Shown one piece after another: positions 36,491 to 47,787 of a stretch of DNA of 64,000 bases; the stretch's first letter is position 1, and each line of letters starts with the position of its first letter. Both the position numbers and the translations under genes were made by a program. The notes under the pieces are model-generated. The model was not told where the DNA came from. It did no database searches and worked only from the letters and a program-made list of their open reading frames with translations. Origin of the DNA: Leucoraja ocellata (Eukaryota); the NCBI GenBank assembly GCA_036785375.1, contig JAWMAR010000226.1, positions 2,852,001 through 2,916,000 on the forward strand. The letters run 5' to 3'.

Positions 36491-37783
36491 TGATCTTCAT
36501 TTGGAGTAGTTACTGTTACTGTCACTGTAATTCCTCAACAGTAATAAAGCAGCACCTTCATTATTCCTAGCATGAACATACAGCGAGTTAAATGCCAACG
36601 TACCATTGCACAACACTACCTACAGAGGTCAGATAAAGGTCATTGTAGTAAAAGACTATGGAGAGGATTCTATATTATTATAATAAATCTTTTTGTTGAA
36701 ATGAAGTTGCACCACAATGTCCCTTATTCGGTCTCATTACTTACTTTCAGATTACATCTACATGGCATCTACATCCCTCGTGTGAATTTTAACTTCCGGG
36801 CAACTGTCCAAAGCAAATAATATCCAACCAGCGAACCATCTACATGGGACCCTGATCAGTTCTAACAGCTGGGTACTACTCTGTTTGCTAGCTCACAGCT
36901 GAAACCGGCATTAAAGAAATATTTGACCAGTGCAAAGGCAGCCTGAAATACAATCATTAGCAGCAGGGTAAATTTTAAGAGGAGAGGACATGGGAAAGGG
37001 GGGTTAAAAGGAAGAGGGTAGACAGAAATACTGGAGAAACCCAGCGGGTGAGGTAGCATCTTTCAAGAGAAGGAATAGGCGAAGACCCTTCTTCAGATTG
37101 ATGTTGGGAGGTGGTGGAGGGGGAGCAGGATAGAGGGGCAATGTCTAGTCTTTCACTGTGGCCTGGAATGCTATTAGTGCTTCATCTGATCCAACAATGG
37201 GAAATATTCGACTTCGTATTGGGGCCTTTACCTTGCACCCATCAGGCATTCCCGCTTAGTGTGACCATGGCATCACTCTTTACATCAGGTAGTCATCAGA
37301 AATCCACCAAAGCCAACACTACAGGGTGGTGTTGTTCTTTAGAAAAGAGATGCTCAACGTCCACTGCTGCCTTACATTCTCTGCCAGGAGAGGAAGTTTA
37401 ATTTATCCCTACAGATTCTTCTTTCTTCTGGAATCTTAACACTTGTAAATCCTGTAATGTGGAAATCTGTTTTCTTCACTGAGATTAATTAATTACAATG
37501 ATATTCCCTTGTCCAACACAAAATATTAATTCTAGATTGCTCCATATCAAGTGGAAACATTAAAGAGCACAATAGGTTTCTAACACGCATCCTTACCCAC
37601 CCAAAGAAGGTAACTGTGTCTTCCTTAACATAATTTTGAAAGGGAAAACAGAAGATTCTAAAAGGTTTTGCAGGTCAGCTAAATAATATTGCAACTGCAT
37701 TGTATCCTTTAACTGTATTTTTCTACCTGAAAGTTGAGGGGAAACCATAAACTTGGCAGGCAAAGCAACAGAGCTGTAGACTG

Positions 37784-37918
37784 ATCAGTCTGAAGAAGGG
37801 TTTTGGCCCGAAACGTCACCTATTTCCTTCCCTCCATTGATGCTGCTGCACCCGCTGAGTTTCTCCAGCATTTTTGTGTACCTTCGATTTTCCAGCATCT
37901 GCAGTTCCTTCTTGAACG
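37784..37918 (+). mobile_element. Penelope-derived element with hammerhead-like core (37790-37817)
   Basis: CTGAAGA-A-GGGT-TTTG-GCCC-GAAAC-GTC. 15-bp TSD CAGAGCTGTAGACTG (37769-37783, 37919-37933). Confidence 0.8.
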
Positions 37919-38122
37919 CAGAGCTGTAGACTGGCTGGGATGCTTTAATTCAATTATTCCACTTGTCAAATTTAGTTCTTCTCCTTATCTCACAATTAGC
38001 TCTCTATTTCTGGTATTTGGAGTTACATAGGATCACTAAGGATGAAAGTGGTAGTGAACAGCCATCAGTGAATAACAACAAAGGGCTTTTACATTTTGCT
38101 TAACACTTCTGGAATCTGGAAT

Positions 38123-38124
<2 letters not shown>

Positions 38125-38178
<54 letters not shown>
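38125..38178 (+). repeat. (CT)n microsatellite
   Basis: Dinucleotide run. Confidence 0.95.
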
Positions 38179-38179
<1 letters not shown>

Positions 38180-39019
38180 AATTAAAGCATGATGTTGTGG
38201 ATAAAGTGGAAGGACATAGTGAAAATGTCTTCACCCATTTCATTCAAAGATTGGGGAAAGATGGACAACTTTTTTTTCAAATCCGATACATTTCCTAGTA
38301 TGGCCTTGAAATCGGACTTGCAACAAGTGAAGACAAGGAGCTAAATTAAGCAGGTTGCACTTTTCCACAACTCTCTGTTGCTGAGGCACAGTGTAGGGAT
38401 AGCTATGTTTCGTACAGCAGTTCATAGAGCAGCAAGTTGGCTGAAGGGCGGCATAAATGCTGAAATACTGATTTATATTCATTCTGATTGGTGCCATTGT
38501 TGCTTCAAAACATTACTTGATACACTTTCCAGGAGTATGAGCATTTTTGAAGTAACCATTCCTTTCAAATCAAAAACAGGACCACTGGGTACAGTTAGAC
38601 ATTTAAAATATGAAAATACAATTGTAGGGACTCTACATAGTTCAGCTCTCCTTGCTAAAAATCAAAATCAATGTATCATGTATGTGCATGAACAGGTATT
38701 TTTGCAACATACATCTTTGATGGTTTCCTGAAACACAGAACTAACATGACAAAAATGGTTCATTAATTATGAGTAGAGCTTGCTCATCACCATGGCAACT
38801 AGAAGTAGTGACAACAGGATTGTTGCCTGAGTGGAGAGTGTGTTGATTTAACTAGTCAAATTGTACAAACTTTTATTTGTAGGTATCTTTGAGAAGAATG
38901 ATAGTGAGTTGGTAGCACTCAAAATGAATTGATTCAAGTTGCTTTCAATAATTACTATTTCATCTTTGCATACACGTGCAGCTGTAAATTATCAGTGTGA
39001 GCACATAAATGTCCATTGT

Positions 39020-39392
39020 AAGTCATAAGGCCATGTGATAGTAGAATTAGGCCACTCGGCCCATCCGCCATTCAATCATGGTTGATCTATCTCCCCCTCC
39101 TAACCCCATTCTCCTGCCTTCTCCCCATAACCTCTGACACCTGTACTGATCAAGAATCTATCTATTTCTGCCTTAAAAATATCAACTGACTTGGCCTCCA
39201 CTTTAGACTGTGGCAAAGAATTCCACAGATCCATCAGCCTCTGACTAAAGACATTTCTCCTCATCTCCTTCCTAAAAGAATGTCCTTTAATTCTGAGGCT
39301 ATGACCTTTAGTCCTAGACTCTCCAACTAGTGGAAACATCCTCTCCCCATCCACTCTATCCAAGCCTTTCACTATTCTGTATGTTTCAATGA
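39020..39392 (-). mobile_element. CR1 3' fragment
   Basis: ORF 39100-39441 IETYRIVKGLDRVDGERMFPLVGESRTKGHSL..WNSLP. Confidence 0.85.
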
Positions 39393-40855
39393 AGTGTGTA
39401 TGAAGGAACTGCAGATGCTGATTTAAACCGAAGATAGACACAAAATGCTGGAGTAACTCAGCGGGACAGGCAGCATCTCTGAAGATAAGGAATTTTCAAT
39501 TAGGTGATTGGTCAGTCTTATGATAGAGGACTACCCACTCAACATTTGGATATTAGATAAACTGTAAAGTTTATTAAGAGCTAACAGTGAGGGGTGTCAT
39601 TGGTAATTTACAATCTATGTTGTACTTTGACTGTCAAATGGGTTTATGTTGCTATAAAAACACACCCAAGGTGCTGGAGTAACTCAGCTGGCCATGTAGC
39701 ATCTCTTGTGAATAAAGACAGGGTGCGTTTCAGGTTGGGACCTTCTAAAGACCACAAATTAGCAATCTGGAGAATACATATGATGCTGGCTCTTGTCTCA
39801 ATGCCACACATCAGTCTGAAGAAGAGTCAGAAAAGAACCAAAACATTGCCTATTCATGTTCTCCAGAGATGCTGCCCGACTCACTGAGTTATTCCAGCAC
39901 TTTGTGTTTTTTTGGTAAACCAGCATCTGCAGTTCCTCATGTCTTTATTTTGCTACAGTTTGTTTAAGAGCTGCTATTTAAATGTAGGGTGAATTTCATA
40001 CCATTTGTTCCGCTACTGAAAATTCACAAGAAATTCATCAAAATGTAAGGCAAGTTTATGGATGTGGATGGTGCAGAATTGACACAGAGGAAATGTTCAA
40101 GCAGGATTTTCAGGAATGTCAAGTTCTTAGATGGGCCATACCAGATATGTTTAGTTTAGTTTATTGTCATGTGTATTGAGGTACAGTGAAAAGCTTTTGT
40201 TGCGTGCCAACCAGTCAGCAGAAAGACAATACATGATTACAATGGAGCCACCCGCAGTGTACAGATGTGTTTAGTGAAGGCAATTTCTTATTAATTTCCC
40301 TATAGATGGTGTATGAAAAATGGTGCGCGTCCCCTTCCCTCAACAGCTATTGCACATTAATGAGAGAAACAACTTCACAAAGTCAAAACACAAATTAGCA
40401 ACATGAAGAATCCATACTGGTTCTGGCTTATGTCACAATGCTGTACAGCAGCAAACGCAACACATGGAAATATGAATATAATTTTAAACTCTGCCCCTCT
40501 TTTATTTCTCAACCAGTGTAATGTCACAGCAACAGATCCAGGAATGCTGAAATAAAACAGTTTTCCACATTAAGAGAGCATGTTCTGTAAAACAAAACTA
40601 TTCTAAAACCAGACTTGAAGAAAGTAAACATTTTAGTGTGGCGGCTCCCAAGGGTCGCGCCATCATAGCTGTCGAACCCCTCGGCACGGGAGTGGTTCAG
40701 TCCGGAGGCGGCCCTTAACCAGAGGGTTTAAAGGCAGGGGTTTGGGTGCCATCTTTCTCTCGTTTGGACCTCCCTGCAACCGGGAGGAACATAATTAAAG
40801 GTGCCTCTCAAAATACTTGACTCCTCTCTTCCTTTTTGAGACCCACGCACCACAT

Positions 40856-40869
40856 TGGTGACCCCGACG
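40856..40869 (+). promoter_or_regulatory. Primer binding site complementary to the tRNA-Trp 3' end
   Basis: TGGTGACCCCGACG, one base after the 5' LTR. Confidence 0.85.
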
Positions 40870-40882
40870 CTCCATTGTCGTC

Positions 40883-42230
40883 ATGATGGAGAAAGAAGAA
40901 CGCCCTGCCTCCTCACAGGCCGGCCAGGCCGTGTCTCTGGACGCGGTCTCGGTAAAATTGCCCAACATCTGGACCACCCGGCCGCACATCTGGTTCCAGC
41001 AGGCGGAGGCCCAGTTCAACCTGCGGGGCATCACGGTCGATGCCACCCGCTTCTATTACCTGGTGGGGGCCCTCGACCAGGACACGGTCGAGAAGGTCAC
41101 GGACTTCCTCGCAGCCCCCCGGACACTGATAAATATCTCGGCCTTAAGGAGCTCCTGCTCCAGATTTATGGACTAAGTAGGATGGTGCTAGGCTGCTAGG
41201 ATCCTGCATATGGAGGACCTAGGCGACCGACGGCCATCTAGCCTCCTAAAGGAGATGGTGGCTCTCCTGGATGGGCACACGCCGTGCCTGATGTTCGAGT
41301 ACACCTACCTGCATCTGCTGCCGGCCTATATCCGTCTTCAGCTAACGGACGCCTCCTTCGCTGACATCAGGGCCCTCGGGAGGCGCGCCGACGCGCTGTG
41401 GATGGCGCGCCCTGATGACGTCAACGCGCTGGCCGTCAGCAGCCACGGGGCTCGCACCTGCATTCCGTGCCAGACGGCGAAAATCCAGCGCCATGTCCGT
41501 GCGCCTCTCCAGGAGTTTGGTCTACCTCACTGGCGATTTGACCTTCTCCACATGGACATTGTGGGGCCTCTCCCGCCATCCCGGGGCATCACCCACCTTC
41601 TCACAATGGTGGACCGCTTCACGCGGTGGCCGGAGGCCATTCCGCTGACCGATACTTCAACGGCTACGTGCGCTCGTGCGTTGTCCGAGCACTGGATTGC
41701 TCGCTTCGGGGTGCCGGCGCACATCTCCTCAGATCGGGGGCCACAGTTCACCTCCGAGCTGTGGTCAGCCATGGCTCGCTTGCTGTAGGTGCGGCTACAC
41801 CACACCACGGCTTACCACCCGCAGGCTAACGGTCTGGTGGAGAGGTTCCACCGGCAGCTAAAGGCGGCGCTGAAGGCGTGACTCTCCGGCCCAGACTGGA
41901 TGGACGAGTTGCCGTGGGTCATGCTGGGCATTCGGACTGCTCCTAAAGAGGACTTGGCCTCATCATCGGCGGAGCTCGTGTACGGGTCGCCACTCACGGT
42001 GCCCGGGGAGTTCGTGCCGTCGGCGCCGGGGCAGCAGGGAACGCCTCGAGGGCGCCCCCCTTCACGGCTCCCTCCGCCTGTCACTCCACCTGTCCTCCCG
42101 CCGGTCCCTCGACCTGTCCCTCCACCTATGCCTCCGCCAGCCCCACGATCTGCTGACTTCCGCACGCGGGCCGGCCGGGTCGTGCGCCCACCGGTGCGTT
42201 TCGTGCCTCGGGTTCTGGGTGGGGGGGTCC
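40883..42230 (+). pseudogene. Gypsy gag fused to integrase; protease, RT and RNase H absent; frameshifts and stops
   Basis: Gag: KLPNIW..WFQQAEAQFNLRGIT..LGDRRPSSLLKEM..ADALW. Then directly CIPCQ..HMDIVGPLP..VDRFTRWPEA..ISSDRGPQFTS..TTAYHPQANGLVERFHRQLK (DDE integrase). Confidence 0.9.
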
Positions 42231-42837
42231 TGTGGCGGCTCCTCCTGCATTCCGCGCCAGACGGCGAAAATCCAGCGCCATGTCCGTGTGCCTCTCCAGG
42301 AGTTTGTCCTACCTCACCGGCGATTCGGCCATCTCCATGTGGACATTGTGGGGCCTCTCCCGCCGTGCTGTCGAACCCCTCGGCACGGGAGTGGTTCAGT
42401 CCGGAGGCGGCCCTTAACCAGAGGGTTTAAAGGCAGGGGTTTGGGTGCCATCTTTCTCTCGTTTTGACCTCCCTACAACCGGGAGAAACATAATTAAAGG
42501 TGCCTCTCAAAATACTTGACTTTATGAGATCCACGCACCACATTAGGACATTATCAGGTCATTGCCCAGAACGTCCAATTACGGGCTTATACTTAGTGTA
42601 TGTTCTGCGTTGAATGCAAACACTACTTTGAGGGGGAGAAGTGGGGGGACTGTGAGCTTTGTACTGACTGTGAACTTAGAATATCCCACAGCAGCATGGA
42701 ATACATTTTATTCTCTGCCTCTTGCCATCCTCTGTTGCTGGGATACAGTTTTTTGGGAAACGTGCTGGAACCTCACTAGTGTGGCTGGCTTTCATCTGTA
42801 ACCTAAAAAGGCCGATGTCTTATTTTCCCACTAGTCT

Positions 42838-43125
42838 AGTTTAGCTTAGAGTTACAGATGAAAACAGGCCCTTCGACCTTCTGAGTCTGTACAGGCACCG
42901 GTGATCACCCCGTACACCAATTCTATCCGCCACATTAGGGACAGGTTACAGAAGTACGTTTCTGGATTGTGGGAGGAAACCAGAGCCCCGAGAGAAAGCG
43001 CACGCGGTCACAGGGAAAACATCCAAACCCTGTACATACAGCACCCGTAGTCAGGATCGAACCCGGTCTCTGGTGCTGTAGGGCAACAACTCTACCGCTG
43101 CGCCACTGTGCCGCTGTGCCGCCCT
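42838..43125 (-). mobile_element. Full-length HE1-like V-SINE
   Basis: Minus strand gggcggcacagcggcacagtggcgcagcggtagagttg..ccgggttcgatcctgactacggg. Confidence 0.85.
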
Positions 43126-43327
43126 GTCTGCAAAGTATTCTAACCAACCTTTCTCCTGTTATCCCACAACTTTGCGACACGTGGAAAGGGCAAACTCTGT
43201 TGATGATAGAAACCTCTTTACAAATGCACATTTGAACAGGAGATGTAGGAAACCAATCAGCATTGGAAAATTGGCTGTTTTTTCCTTTCCCTGGTGTAGA
43301 AATGCTGAGGCCAATTGTGATGCCCTG

Positions 43328-44044
43328 CTACAACTACAGCTACAGCCGTTTACAGCCACAGCTACAGCCACAGTTACAGCCACAGCCACAGCTACAGCCA
43401 CAGTTACAGTTACAGTTACAGCTACAACTACAACTACAGCTACAGCCGTTTACAGCCACAGCTACAGCCACAGTTACAGCCACAGCCACAGCCACAGCCA
43501 CAGTTACAGTTACAGTCACAGCTACAACTACAACTACAGCTACAGCCGTTTACAGCCACAGCTACAGTTACAGCCACAGCTACAGCCACAGCCACAGTTA
43601 CAGCTACAGCCACACCTACAGCCACACCTACAGTCACAGCCACAGCTACAGTTACAGCCACAGCCACAGCTACAGCCACAGTTACAGTTACAGTCACAGC
43701 TACAACTACAACTACAGCTACAGCCACAGCCACAGTTACAGCTACAGCCACACCTACAGCCACACCTACAGTTACAGCCACAGCCACAGCCACAGCCACA
43801 GCTACAGCCACAGCTACAGTTACAGCCACAGCCACAGCTACAGCCACAGCTACAGTTACAGTCACAGCTACAACTACAACTACAGCTACAGCCACAGCTA
43901 CAGTTACAGCTACAGTCACGGCTACAGTCACGGCTACAGCCACAGCCACAGCTACAGCTACAGCTACAGCTACAGTTACAGCCACAGTTACAGCTACAGC
44001 CACAGCTACAGCTACAGCTACAGCCACAGTTACAGCCACAGTTA
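43328..44044 (+). repeat. Compound hexamer tandem repeat (ACAGCT/ACAGCC/ACAGTT/ACAACT)n, ~717 bp
   Basis: Period-6 array with variant units and recurring higher-order blocks (…ctacagccgtttacagcc… three times). Confidence 0.95.
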
Positions 44045-44589
44045 AGATCAGCTAATTGACCACAGACCAGACATTAGAGGTGAGGCTTTCCTGTTGTGTG
44101 TGGCCTGCTACAAGTGCATTAACCCACTGATCCATGAGGGGACACACAGTGAAACCACATCAAAAGATAACTATCATTTACATGAGGACGGAATTCAGTG
44201 GGTGGCGCTGTTGAGCACAGCTGCCCCGCCTGCAGCTGTTCGTCCATTCATCCTTTTAAAAAATGTTTAGTCCGTGAAAAGTTTTGTTTTGGAGGTCTTT
44301 TAGTCTTTTTATGTGGGGGGTGGGGTAGGGGGAAACTGTTTTTCTCAGTCACTACCTGGTCGATGAATGTGTCTTTTCTCTGAACCACATCTTCGCCCCC
44401 TCCTCGCGGCCTAACATCTGGATTGGCGCGGCCTTTCCTGCCGGTGACCGGCCAGAGCTTCAGCTTCAGCAGCAGCGCAGCACTGAAGTACCATCGCGGA
44501 ACGGAGCGATGCCTTACAGGGGTCGCCGTGTTGGAGCTCCGGAGTGCTGGGATTGCCGACCTCAACACCGTAGAGCTGTGGTCTGCGGA

Positions 44590-45303
44590 AAAATATTGGA
44601 AAGACATTTTTGATACTATTTATGTAGTCTTATGCCCCTGTCCCACTTAGGAAACCTGAACGGAAACCTCTGGAGACTTTGCGCCCCACCCAAGGTTTCC
44701 GTGCGGTTCCCGGAGGTTTTTGTCAGTCTCCCTACCTGCTTCCACTACCTGCAACCTCCGGCAACCACCTGGAACCTCTGGGAACCACACGGAACCCTTG
44801 GGTGGGGCGCAAAGTCTCCAGAGGTTTCCGTTCAGGTTTCCCAAGTGGGACAGGGGCATTAGGTATCGATTTATAACCTCATCCTATTACTGCAATATTT
44901 GGGCTACCAATGTTAGATTTTATTCATTTGTCCCGCTCCGCCCATCAGCTGATTGTTTTTACCACACTAGTCACCAGAAGATCTATTTTATTTAAATGGA
45001 AAGACTCCAACCCTCCGACCACACTCCAGTGGTACTCTGAAACGATATCATGTTTAAATTTAGAAAAAATCTGGAGTGACATTGTTAAACCCTTGGTTAA
45101 ATTTGATAAGACTTGGGGAAAATTTATTCAACTCTTTTATACAACATAAATTGTTCCCAAGCCAACCGTTATAAAAAATATTTTACCTCTATATGGTGGA
45201 ACGGACTTGATGACAAACAGATTTAAATTGTTGAAATTCTCAGTTCAGATTCTGTTTTGCTTTGCTTTGCATAAAAATACAAAAATAAAAATAAATAAAA
45301 AAG
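44590..45303 (+). mobile_element. L1-type LINE 3' fragment with A-rich tail, interrupted by a MITE
   Basis: KYWKDIFDTIYVVL|GIDL..PITAIFG..RRSILFKWKDSNPPTTLQWYSETISCLNLEKI..KFDKTWGKFI is fish-type L1 ORF2 C-terminus. Tail aaaaataaaaataaataaaaaa. Confidence 0.8.
44633..44858. mobile_element. Palindromic MITE, PIF/Harbinger-like (TTA TSD)
   Basis: Near-perfect fold-back TGCCCCTGTCCCACTT...AAGTGGGACAGGGGCA. TTA at 44630-44632 and 44859-44861. Removing it restores the L1 frame. Confidence 0.85.
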
Positions 45304-45334
45304 AACCGAGAATTCCCTGGCTCCAATTACTTTA

Positions 45335-46000
45335 CTTTTAGTCTTTACTTTGGAAACACTGCGTGGAAACAGGCCCTGCAGCCGACTGAGTCCGCACCCA
45401 CCAGCGATCACCCCAAACACTAGTGCTATCCTACACCCACTAGGGACAAATTACAATTTACAGAAGCCAATTAACCTACAAACCTGCACATCTTTGGAAT
45501 GTGGGAGGAAACCGGAGCACCCGGAGCAAACTCACGCAGTCACAGGGAGAATGTACAAACTCCGTAGTTCAGTTTAGTTTAGCTTATTGTCACGTGTGCT
45601 GAGGTGCAGTGAAAAGCATTTGTTGCGTGCCGACCAGTCAGCGGAAAGACAATACATGATGACAATCGAGCTGTCCACAGTGCGCAGATACATGATAAAA
45701 GAAATAACGTTCAGTGCAAAATAAAGTCCAGTAAAGTCTAATTAAAGATAGTCCAAGGGACTCCAATGAGGTAGATAGTAACTCAGAGCCAGTATCTAGT
45801 AGCTGATAGAATGATTTACTTGCCTGATGACAGCTGGGAAGAAACTGTCTTTGAATCGGGAGGTGTGCTTTTTCACACTTCTGCACCTCTTGCCAGATGG
45901 GAGAGGGGAGAAGAGGGAGTGACCAGGGTGAGACCGGTAGACAGGATCGAACCCGGATTTCTTGCACAGTAAGGCAGCAACTTTACCATTGCACCAATAT
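45335..46000 (-). mobile_element. HE1-like SINE split by a Rex1 3' fragment (~45566-45935)
   Basis: SINE body 45335-45565 and tRNA head 45936-46000 surround HPGHSLFSPLPSGKR..RFKDSFFPAVIR plus a Rex1 3' UTR. Confidence 0.8.
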
Positions 46001-46592
46001 TCTTCACAAAAAAGACATTTACAAAATTGACAGGTGTCCTGGTGCGTGCAGACGCATTTAATAATAATCCCTACCCATACCGCAATACTGTACATTCCCT
46101 CCTCTTCCTAATGGAATTCCAACAGGCCATCCTAAGCAGTCCCGGGTCCCAGACTACTAGCCAAGGGAATTACACATTGAAAAATGTCATCCAAATTTCT
46201 TCTTAATGATTTTTATAATGACTCACTCGATAGCTAATTAATTGAAAGCATTTCTGCTCTAATATTTCAAGAATCAAATTGATAAATCATGATTGTTATA
46301 GCAATTGCTTGTTTTTTCAATATAATTGATTTTAGCAACAAAACATTTGCAGGCTGTTTCTCTCAAATTGGTGAATTCAAAGAATTAACATGATTCAGGG
46401 GGCAGCATTTCACTGTGGGATATCTGGTTGCCACTGGCTTTTCAGATTAGTTTACTTCCATCACATATCATTGTGTGAGCATGCACCAATATGCACTGTC
46501 ACCGTCTCTTTCCAAAATTCTAATATTACTTGCTGTGATTTCTGTAAAAGGTTCATGGATGACAGAATGACTACAACAGATATATTTTTAAG

Positions 46593-47787
46593 ATATACTA
46601 TGTGGGACCCGTTGGGTCCCAGCTTCACACAGGAGGGCTGGTCCCCCAACGCAATATTCCACCTCTCCACCAATTCCAATATTGCTGGCCAGCTTTCTGG
46701 AGCGCTAGTGTGGTGTTGTGGGCCACAGGGACTGGTTTCCAGAGGGCTAGTATTGACATTGTGGCCCGAAGGAATTCTTGGGCTGGCAGCTCAGTCACTG
46801 AGACCACTCACACACACACTTTCACACACACACACACACACTGTCACACACACTCTCACACGCACTCACATACTGACACACACACATACACTCACAAACA
46901 CATACACACAAACACAAACACCCACATACACACACAAACATACACTCACACTCANNNNNNNNNNNNNNNNNNNNNNNNNNNNNNNNNNNNNNNNNNNNNN
47001 NNNNNNNNNNNNNNNNNNNNNNNNNNNNNNNNNNNNNNNNNNNNNNNNNNNNNNNNNNNNNNNNNNNNNNNNNNNNNNNNNNNNNNNNNNNNNNNNNNNN
47101 NNNNNNNNNNNNNNNNNNNNNNNNNNNNNNNNNNNNNNNNNNATATATGGCAGTAAACATTCTTGAATTCTCACATGGCTGAGCGCTGCCTCTCTACTTT
47201 GGGGCTTCCGCAGTCACTGGCACTTCCGGAATCAGCGTGATCTCTGCACTAAGCGGAAGTCACAATATGAGCGGGATTTTTGAACTGAACACAGTCGGAC
47301 CTGATAAAGGATTTATTCCTTCCAAACACAGTCGGACCTAATAAAGCATTGCAGTTTCAAGCACAGGCAGGGCAGCTGGCCAAACAACTCATGGCATTGT
47401 CATTAAGGGCTAACAAATCATTTATTGCAAGTACATTTCAGACTCGCAGTTCAGTTGATTCACATCTTAGAATAAGAGTCGTGGCCTCTCCCGTGCGATC
47501 TTGCAGAGTGACTGAGTCACATCCAGGCATCCGATGTTTTATAGTCCTGTTGTTCCCCCCCCCCGGAAGGGGCGTTACCTACATCGCGGTGATTGATGGG
47601 CGAGAGGATCTCAACGTTTTTTAAACACTCATAACTTTTTTATTTTTCATCGATGGGGCGTGCTCAGTGGAGGAGGACTGTGAGTAAGATGGCCAAAAAT
47701 CATAGCGATATATGGGAGCGTTTTTTCTAAAAATCAATATACAGCACAGGCAGGAAGTGATCAAGATGAGACTTTTAATTATATAGA
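46593..47787 (-). mobile_element. Non-autonomous Helitron-like element
   Basis: Minus strand starts a|TCTATATAATTAAAAG and ends with hairpin GGGACCC-aac-GGGTCCC close to a degraded CTAG terminus. Internal (CA)-rich tract and gap. Second copy at 51652. Confidence 0.7.
46955..47142. other. Assembly gap (N run)
   Basis: Continuous n characters. Confidence 1.

Larger units (their letters stand above)
40637..42542 (+). mobile_element. Internally deleted Ty3/Gypsy LTR retrotransposon (CsRn1-like clade)
   Basis: 5' LTR 40637-40854 and 3' LTR 42231-42542, both TG..CA. 4-bp TSD TTAG (40633-40636, 42543-42546). PBS after the 5' LTR, G-rich PPT before the 3' LTR, gag and integrase homology inside. Confidence 0.95.

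Noticed and set aside
43172-44059. 295-aa Gln/Pro/Leu and 260-aa Ser/His/Tyr ORFs
   Set aside because: Products of a stop-free hexamer repeat with non-ATG starts; no evidence of coding.
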